A stretch of 64,000 nt of DNA from Rhizobiaceae bacterium (GTDB lineage Bacteria; Pseudomonadota; Alphaproteobacteria; Rhizobiales; Rhizobiaceae). The position numbers and the translations under genes were made by a program. Every line of letters begins with the position of its first letter. Position 1 is the stretch's first letter. Of the stretch, positions 57,559 to 64,000 are shown piece after piece. The notes beneath the pieces are model-generated. The model did no database searches and was not told the origin of the DNA. It saw nothing but the letters and a program-made list of their open reading frames with translations. The stretch lies in the NCBI GenBank assembly GCA_041582695.1, contig JBFIBB010000001.1:1716-65715 (forward strand). Direction: 5' to 3'.

Positions 57559-58158
57559 ATGGCCGGCACAGCTCTCATCGTCATCGATGTCCAGAATGAC
57601 TTCTGCCCCGGCGGCGCATTGGCTGTGCCCGGTGGTGACGAGGTGGTGCCGGAGATCAATGCGCTCATTGCTTCTTCAGAGCATGTCATCCTAACTCAGG
57701 ACTGGCATCCCGCCGGCCATTCGAGCTTCGCTTCGAGCCATCCGGGCAAAAACCCGTTCGAAACCACGCCGATGCCCTATGGCGAACAGACGCTGTGGCC
57801 GGACCATTGTATCCAGGGAACACTGGGCGCCGACTTCCATGCCGGGTTGAACTGGACCAAGGCCGAACTTGTAATCCGCAAGGGATTTCGGCCGCAGATT
57901 GACAGCTATTCCGCGTTTTTCGAGAACGACCGCACTACGCCAACCGGCCTTGGAGGCTATCTTGCGGAGCGCGGCATCGGATCGATCACCCTCGCCGGTC
58001 TCGCAACCGATTTCTGCGTCGCCTTCTCGGCGCTCGACGCGGCAAAGCTCGGCCTTTCCGTCGTGGTCAGACTGTCGGCGTGCCGTGGCATCGATCTTGA
58101 CGGCTCGGTCGACGCGATGTGCGCCGCCATGCGCGATGCAGGGGTCCGGTTGACCTGA
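57559..58158 (+). CDS. pncA: Nicotinamidase/pyrazinamidase PncA (isochorismatase family)
   Basis: ALIVIDVQNDFCPGGALAV...TQDWHPAGH...LAGLATDFCV. Confidence 0.85.
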   Translation: MAGTALIVIDVQNDFCPGGALAVPGGDEVVPEINALIASSEHVILTQDWHPAGHSSFASSHPGKNPFETTPMPYGEQTLWPDHCIQGTLGADFHAGLNWTKAELVIRKGFRPQIDSYSAFFENDRTTPTGLGGYLAERGIGSITLAGLATDFCVAFSALDAAKLGLSVVVRLSACRGIDLDGSVDAMCAAMRDAGVRLT

Positions 58159-58212
58159 TCGCCCCGTTTCAGCGACACTTATCCCAACACAGGACGCGGC
58201 AGGAATATTGCA

Positions 58213-59517
58213 ATGACCAAGACCGACATCGCACGCCGCGTGTACAATCACACTTGGAAGCTCGACCCGATCGTCCGCAGCCTGCTGGACACCGATTTCT
58301 ACAAACTTCTGATGCTGCAGATGATCTGGAAGCTGCATCGCGATGTCGACACCACCTTCACCCTGATCAATCGCAAGAAGGCGGTTCGGCTTGCCGAGGA
58401 CATCTCGGTCGACGAACTGCGCGATCAGCTCGACCATGCCCGCACGCTACGCTTTGCCAAGAAGGAGATGATCTGGCTTGCCGGTAACACGTTCTATGGC
58501 CGGAAACAGATTTTCAGTCCCGATTTCCTTTCCTGGCTCGAAGATTTCCGGCTGCCCGAATACGAGCTTTCGGTCGTGGACGGGCAATTCGACCTCCAGT
58601 TCCATGGCCCATGGACGCATGCCATGATGTGGGAAATTCCCGCGCTCGCAATCATCAACGAAATGCGCTCGCGCGCGGCAATGCGGCGTTTCGGCCCCTT
58701 TGCGCTCGATGTTCTTTATGCACGCGCGAAATCCAAGACCTGGGAAAAGGTCGAGCGCCTGAAGCGGCTGCCAGGCCTGCGCATTTCCGACTTCGGAACC
58801 AGGCGCCGCCACTCGTTTCTTTGGCAGCGATGGTGCGTGGAAGCTCTGAAGGAAGGTATCGGCAATGCTTTTACGGGCACGTCGAACGTGCTTCTCGCCA
58901 TGGACACAGACCTTGAAGCTCTGGGGACCAATGCGCATGAGTTGCCGATGGTCTACGCGGCGCTCGCCAACAGCGATGAGGAGCGGCTCGATTCTCCCTA
59001 CCGGGTGCTGGAAGACTGGAACAAGCTCTATGGCGGCAATCTGCTGATTGTCTTGCCCGATACGTTCGGCACGGCCGCCTTCCTTCGCCGCGCGCCGGAC
59101 TGGGTGGCTGACTGGACGGGATTCCGTCCCGACAGCGCGCCTCCGATTGCGGGAGGAGATCGCATCATCGAATGGTGGCGCGAACGCGGTCGCGACCCGA
59201 CCGAAAAGCTGATCGTCTTTTCCGATGGGCTGGATGTTGACACGATCATCGAAGCTTACAGCCACTTCTATGGCCGTGTCCGAATGACTTTCGGTTGGGG
59301 AACAAACCTGACCAACGATTTCGAAGGCTGCCTGCCCGACGGCGGCAATTCGCTGAACCCGATTTCGCTGGTTTGCAAGGTGAGCTCGGCAAACGGCCGG
59401 CCGGCGGTGAAGCTTTCAGACAATCCGCGCAAGGCGACCGGCGATCCCGCGGAAGTCGAGCGCTATCTGAAACTTTTCGGCACGGAAGAGAGAATCGAGC
59501 GCGCCGTCAAGGTCTGA
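58213..59517 (+). CDS. pncB: Nicotinate phosphoribosyltransferase PncB
   Basis: 434 aa. [17 protein letters not shown]...DFGTRRRHS...GTNAHELPM. Confidence 0.95.
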   Translation: MTKTDIARRVYNHTWKLDPIVRSLLDTDFYKLLMLQMIWKLHRDVDTTFTLINRKKAVRLAEDISVDELRDQLDHARTLRFAKKEMIWLAGNTFYGRKQIFSPDFLSWLEDFRLPEYELSVVDGQFDLQFHGPWTHAMMWEIPALAIINEMRSRAAMRRFGPFALDVLYARAKSKTWEKVERLKRLPGLRISDFGTRRRHSFLWQRWCVEALKEGIGNAFTGTSNVLLAMDTDLEALGTNAHELPMVYAALANSDEERLDSPYRVLEDWNKLYGGNLLIVLPDTFGTAAFLRRAPDWVADWTGFRPDSAPPIAGGDRIIEWWRERGRDPTEKLIVFSDGLDVDTIIEAYSHFYGRVRMTFGWGTNLTNDFEGCLPDGGNSLNPISLVCKVSSANGRPAVKLSDNPRKATGDPAEVERYLKLFGTEERIERAVKV

Positions 59518-59536
59518 CGCGGGCTTGCGTCGGCTT

Positions 59537-59917
59537 TCAGCCGGATTTGCGCTCTCCCGCCGGTTGGGCCAACTGCATCGCCACTGCCTCCATGCGCTCA
59601 GCGAGCCCGCTCAACACGCCGGTCACGGCGGCATCGTTCTTGTCGGCTTTGATCAGCGCCTCGTCGCGCGTCTTGCGCAACGTCTCCACTTCGCTTTCCA
59701 TGCCGCGCACGCGTTTCTGCAATTCGGCCAGTTCGTCCATCACCATGATGCCCGCCATCACGGTCAGGCGCTGATCGCCTATTTCGCCGAACGAGGCCTT
59801 GAGATGCGCGACATATTTGTCGAATTTCGAGGCGAGGTTTTCGAGATGTTCCTCCTGGCCTTCGTCGCAGGCCATACGGTAGGCTTTTCCATCAATGTAA
59901 ACAGTCACTTGTGCCAT
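59537..59917 (-). CDS. zapA: Cell division protein ZapA
   Basis: MAQVTVYIDGKAYRMACDEGQEEHLENLASKFDKYV...LTVMAGIMVMDEL, 126 aa. Confidence 0.85.
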   Translation of the reverse strand: MAQVTVYIDGKAYRMACDEGQEEHLENLASKFDKYVAHLKASFGEIGDQRLTVMAGIMVMDELAELQKRVRGMESEVETLRKTRDEALIKADKNDAAVTGVLSGLAERMEAVAMQLAQPAGERKSG

Positions 59918-59926
59918 GGTTCAATC

Positions 59927-60199
59927 CTACCTGTCGAGCACGGCCCTGATCGTTTCCATTGCCGAGACCAGTCGGCGTGAAACTTCGTTGTTGGCATCCT
60001 GCAACCGGTCCGCCCTGGCTTCGGATTTGTCCAGCTCCTGAGCCAGGCGCGCCCGGTCGGCGCCCATGCGCTGGATCTCCTCTTCTGAATCCAGATACTC
60101 GCTTTCGCGTTCGATGCGCTGCGCCGCCGCCTTTTCGATGGCTTCCACGGCCTTCGCAAGCCTATTGATAGCCTGTTTGAGAGTGACATCACCGCTCAT
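59927..60199 (-). CDS. DUF4164 coiled-coil protein (zapA-associated)
   Basis: ATG 60199 gives [30 protein letters not shown]..., 90 aa, all coiled coil. The position between tkt and zapA is the usual rhizobial arrangement as I remember it. Confidence 0.7.
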   Translation of the reverse strand: MSGDVTLKQAINRLAKAVEAIEKAAAQRIERESEYLDSEEEIQRMGADRARLAQELDKSEARADRLQDANNEVSRRLVSAMETIRAVLDR

Positions 60200-60473
60200 G
60201 GTTCTGCTCCGGGCCCGCCCATGGTGCGAATCGTGCGCGTTCATAATGCGTTATCGCCGAAAGATTAGGCGCTGTGTTAATCCGGCGTCAACAAGGCGCA
60301 ATCGGGTATCCCCTGCTATGCGTATCCATTGCGGCTTGGAAACGGCGTTCCCGCCCGTATGGCCGGTCAGATTTGTTGACTCAGGGCCGCCACCTGCTAT
60401 GTGTCCGCGCAATATCACCGAATGGTGCCGGCGGGGGCGGAATGCATTGCCGGCAGTCGATCAGCGAGACATC

Positions 60474-62468
60474 ATGACTTCACGCGAAAAACACGATCGG
60501 ATGGCAAATGCGATCCGTTTCCTCTCCATGGACGCCGTCGAGAAGGCGAAGTCCGGCCATCCCGGATTGCCCATGGGAGCGGCCGACATTGCCACGGTTC
60601 TGTTCTCCCGTTTCATGGTGCACGATCCGAAGCATCCTGGCTGGCCCAACCGTGATCGCTTCGTTCTGTCGGCAGGCCACGGCTCCATGCTGCTCTACTC
60701 GCTGCTCTATCTCCTGGGATATGAAGACATCACCATCGACGAGATCAGGAATTTCAGACAGCTTGGATCTAAAACTGCCGGCCATCCGGAGTTCGGACAT
60801 GCAGCCGGCATCGAGACGACGACGGGTCCGCTTGGGCAAGGCCTAGCCAACGCTGTCGGTATGGCTATCGCCGAGCGGCATCTTAATGCAGAATTCGGCG
60901 ACGATCTGATCAAGCATCGTACTTATGTTCTTGTCGGTGACGGCTGCCTAATGGAAGGGGTCAGCCAGGAGGCGATCGCTCTCGCAGGACACCTCAAGCT
61001 CAATCGCCTGATCGTGCTTTTCGACGACAACCAGATTTCGATTGACGGTCCGGTTTCGTTGTCCGATTCAACCAACCAGAGAGCCCGGTTCGAAGCTTCG
61101 GGCTGGGAAACCTTCGCGGTCGACGGACACAATCCCGATGCGGTCGCCGAGGCCGTCGAGAAGGCGAAACAGTCGGACCGGCCGACAATGATCGCTTGCC
61201 GTACGATCATCGGATATGGCGCCCCGAGCAAGTCGGGCACGGCCAAGGCGCATGGGTCGCCTCTCGGCATCGAGGAGATCGAAGGCGCTCGCAAGGCGCT
61301 CGGCTGGACCTCGAAACCGTTCGAAGTCCCTTCCGAGATTCTGGATGAATGGCGTCTGGCGGGGCTGCGGTCGACAAAGGAACGCGTCGCCTGGGAAAAC
61401 CGCCTCGCGGAGGCCGACGCCGATCTGCGCAGCAGTTTCGAGCGCCGGATGCGCGGTGAATTGCCGGGCGCCCTCGAGGCAGCGATCATCGACTACAAGA
61501 AATCACTTGCCGCCGACAAGCCGAAAGTCGCGACCCGAAAATCTTCGGAAATGGCGTTGGAAGTCATAAATGAGGTAGTTCCCGAAACGCTTGGCGGTTC
61601 GGCCGATCTCACCGGATCGAACAACACGAAGACCAGCCAGACAAAGCCGATGACGGCCATCGACTATTCGGGCCGTTTCATCCATTACGGCATTCGCGAG
61701 CACGGCATGGCGGCGGCCATGAACGGAATCGCGCTGCATGGCGGTATCATACCCTATTCCGGCACCTTTCTCGTGTTCTCCGACTACTGCCGGCCCGCCA
61801 TGCGACTGTCGTCATTGATGGGAAACAGGGTGATTTATGTAATGACCCACGATTCCATTGGTCTGGGCGAAGACGGACCGACACATCAACCGGTCGAACA
61901 TCTGGCCGCGCTTCGCGCCATCCCCAATCACCTGGTCTTCAGGCCAGCCGACGCAATCGAAACCGCCGAGTGCTGGGAACTGGCGCTGAAAAGCAGTTCC
62001 GCGCCCTCGACACTTGCGCTGACGCGGCAGAACCTGCCGACAGTCCGCAACGTGCATGAAGATGAAAACATCTGTTCATTTGGCGCCTATGAATTGAGAC
62101 TGGCGAGTGACGAGCCGGAAGTAAGCATTTTTGCCAGCGGCTCCGAAGTCGAAATCGCCATCGAAGCGCGCGAGAAGCTCGAAGAGGCAGGCCATCCGGC
62201 GCGAGTTATTTCGGTTCCGTGCATGGAACTGTTCGAGCGACAAGATCGGGATTATCAGTCTGCGATCATTGGTTCCACGCCGGTGAATATCGCCATCGAG
62301 GCCGGTGTCCGCCAGGGGTGGGACCGGTTTATCGGCCGCGACGGCATCTTTGTCGGCATGCATTCCTTCGGCGCCAGCGCGCCCTACGAAGCGCTTTACG
62401 AGCATTTCGGCATTACCGCCGATGCCGCAGTGAAAGCCGCCATGAACAGGATCGCAAAACGTAAGTGA
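60474..62468 (+). CDS. tkt: Transketolase
   Basis: Internal ATG 60474 gives [44 protein letters not shown].... TPP motif [13 protein letters not shown]. 664 aa. The track's 800-aa form has an implausible N-terminus. Confidence 0.95.
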   Translation: MTSREKHDRMANAIRFLSMDAVEKAKSGHPGLPMGAADIATVLFSRFMVHDPKHPGWPNRDRFVLSAGHGSMLLYSLLYLLGYEDITIDEIRNFRQLGSKTAGHPEFGHAAGIETTTGPLGQGLANAVGMAIAERHLNAEFGDDLIKHRTYVLVGDGCLMEGVSQEAIALAGHLKLNRLIVLFDDNQISIDGPVSLSDSTNQRARFEASGWETFAVDGHNPDAVAEAVEKAKQSDRPTMIACRTIIGYGAPSKSGTAKAHGSPLGIEEIEGARKALGWTSKPFEVPSEILDEWRLAGLRSTKERVAWENRLAEADADLRSSFERRMRGELPGALEAAIIDYKKSLAADKPKVATRKSSEMALEVINEVVPETLGGSADLTGSNNTKTSQTKPMTAIDYSGRFIHYGIREHGMAAAMNGIALHGGIIPYSGTFLVFSDYCRPAMRLSSLMGNRVIYVMTHDSIGLGEDGPTHQPVEHLAALRAIPNHLVFRPADAIETAECWELALKSSSAPSTLALTRQNLPTVRNVHEDENICSFGAYELRLASDEPEVSIFASGSEVEIAIEAREKLEEAGHPARVISVPCMELFERQDRDYQSAIIGSTPVNIAIEAGVRQGWDRFIGRDGIFVGMHSFGASAPYEALYEHFGITADAAVKAAMNRIAKRK

Positions 62469-62511
62469 TACTCTTGTACATCCTCCCAACTTTCATCTGG
62501 AGAACAACGCC

Positions 62512-63519
62512 ATGACCGTCAGGGTTGCCATCAACGGATTTGGCCGCATTGGCCGCAACATCGCCCGCGCCATCTACGAGTCGGGCCGCAAGGATATCGA
62601 CATCGTTGCGGTCAACGACCTCGGCCCGGTGGAAACCAACGCACACCTTTTCCGCTACGATTCGGTCCATGGCCGGTTTCCGGGCAAGGTGAGCGTCTCG
62701 GGCGACACGATCAATATCGGCAGCGACAGTTTCAAGGTTACCGCCATCCGCAACCCGGCCGAACTGCCTTGGAAGGAACTCGGAATCGACATCGCGCTGG
62801 AATGCACGGGCATATTTACGTCAAAGGAAAAGGCTTCGGCGCATCTGGAAGCCGGCGCCAAGCGCGTCATCGTCTCAGCGCCTGCAGACGGCGCCGACCT
62901 GACTGTTGTCTTTGGCGTCAATCACGACAAGCTGACCTCCAGTCATATGGTGGTCTCGAACGCCTCTTGCACGACCAACTGCCTTGCCCCCGTCGCCAAG
63001 GTGCTGAACGACGCCATCGGCATCGACAAGGGCTTCATGACGACGATCCACTCCTACACCGGCGACCAGCCGACGCTGGATACGATGCACAAGGATCTTT
63101 ATCGCGCCCGCGCTGCCGCGATGTCGATGATCCCGACTTCGACGGGCGCCGCCAAGGCTGTAGGTCTCGTGTTGCCGGAGCTTGCCGGACGCCTCGATGG
63201 CGTCGCCATTCGCGTACCGACGCCGAATGTCTCGGTGGTGGACTTCAAGTTCGTAGCCAAACGCCAGACCACTGTCGAGGAGATCCAGAACGCCATCCGC
63301 GAAGCCGCGGAAGGTCCGTTGAAGGGCATACTTGGTTACACGAACGAAAAGCTTGTCTCGATCGACATGAACCACGATCCCCATTCCTCAATGTTTCACA
63401 TGGACCAGACAAAAGTTATGGACGGTACGCTTTGCCGCGTGATGAGCTGGTATGACAATGAATGGGGATTTTCCAACCGCATGGGCGACACCGCCGTTGC
63501 ATTCGGCAAACTGATCTGA
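62512..63519 (+). CDS. gap: Glyceraldehyde-3-phosphate dehydrogenase
   Basis: [12 protein letters not shown]... and the active site [12 protein letters not shown], 335 aa. Confidence 0.95.
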   Translation: MTVRVAINGFGRIGRNIARAIYESGRKDIDIVAVNDLGPVETNAHLFRYDSVHGRFPGKVSVSGDTINIGSDSFKVTAIRNPAELPWKELGIDIALECTGIFTSKEKASAHLEAGAKRVIVSAPADGADLTVVFGVNHDKLTSSHMVVSNASCTTNCLAPVAKVLNDAIGIDKGFMTTIHSYTGDQPTLDTMHKDLYRARAAAMSMIPTSTGAAKAVGLVLPELAGRLDGVAIRVPTPNVSVVDFKFVAKRQTTVEEIQNAIREAAEGPLKGILGYTNEKLVSIDMNHDPHSSMFHMDQTKVMDGTLCRVMSWYDNEWGFSNRMGDTAVAFGKLI

Positions 63520-63685
63520 GGTTCAGACAACGGTGATGCCTCGATCGTTTCAGCTCCGGAAGCTTGATTTCCAAGATCAGAATGCGAGGCAAACTGTGCC
63601 GAAGCCGGCTTGCCTTGAGTTCCCGGTCAGGACATAAAACAACTGCGTTTAAGCGATTCAAAGTAGAAAAAGCGCATTCTGACAC

Positions 63686-64000
63686 ATGCCGTCCTTCAAG
63701 ACCCTTGACGATCTAGGCGATGTCGCCGGAAAGCGCATACTGGTGCGCGTCGACCTCAACGTGCCCATGGCTGACGGCAAAGTGTCCGACGCCACGCGCA
63801 TCGAACGCGTGCTTCCGGGTATCCGGGAATTGTCCGACAGGCAGGCAAAGGTGATCCTGCTCGCCCATTTCGGCCGGCCAAAGGGCAAGCCGAATGCGGA
63901 GATGTCACTGCGACCGGTGGCCGAAGCGATGAGCGAAATGCTTGGTTCGCCGGTCGGTTTTGCGCCAGACTGCGTGGACGGCGCGGCGGCGTCCGCGATC
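63686..64000 (+). CDS. pgk: Phosphoglycerate kinase, N-terminal part (3' end outside the window)
   Basis: Not in the supplied track because it has no stop inside the window. ATG 63686 gives MPSFKTLDDLGDVAGKRILVRVDLNVPM...VILLAHFGRPKG. Confidence 0.9.
   Translation, partial: MPSFKTLDDLGDVAGKRILVRVDLNVPMADGKVSDATRIERVLPGIRELSDRQAKVILLAHFGRPKGKPNAEMSLRPVAEAMSEMLGSPVGFAPDCVDGAAASAI

Noticed and set aside
59518-59536. The possibility of a 6S RNA (ssrS) downstream of zapA, as in the enterobacterial zapA-ssrS arrangement.
   Set aside because: Only 19 bp separate the zapA stop from the convergent pncB stop, so there is no room for an RNA gene.
60066-60473. The N-terminal 136 codons of the track's 800-aa transketolase ORF.
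   Set aside because: The translation is implausible and overlaps the DUF4164 gene on the other strand. ATG 60474 yields the canonical transketolase N-terminus.

Overview
This window reads as a core chromosomal segment of a high-GC alphaproteobacterium. The gene order looks Rhizobiales/Hyphomicrobiales-like, but that is judged by eye and no search was possible. Almost all of it is housekeeping. In window order: mutT and an amidase. A 12-kb minus-strand array rppH-yibQ-ctpA-envC-rlmH-rsfS-nadD-proA-proB-obg-GNAT-rpmA-rplU. tRNA-Ser(CGA). The atpHAGDC operon. priA, tal, leuS-lptE, yggS, dps, acs and purEK. thiBPQ behind a TPP riboswitch, with a divergent thiamine pyrophosphokinase. An ABC-F ATPase, a Kv-type K+ channel, pncA-pncB, zapA and tkt-gap-pgk. 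Two large paralogous hybrid histidine kinases are also present.

I found no IS element, integrase, prophage gene, CRISPR array, toxin-antitoxin pair or recognisable defence gene. I cannot honestly point to a convincing new multi-gene system here. The leads worth a second look are modest:
- A 29-bp helix built from tandem heptamers that physically bridges the atpD stop and the atpC start.
- A small low-GC islet at the 3' end of tRNA-Ser with two orphan exported proteins and a perfect 10-bp palindrome.
- A stand-alone ABC-exporter transmembrane domain with no ATPase, next to an SDR.
- A ribosomal protein L21 with a long C-terminal extension, and AtpD with a similar lysine/alanine-rich N-terminal extension.
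- The two hybrid kinases, which share near-identical DHp-coding DNA in inverted orientation. One of them sits where holA usually follows lptE.

Many long ORFs in the supplied track are antisense shadows of real genes and were rejected. All start codons are inferred by eye from RBS context and homologue N-termini, and several are ambiguous.
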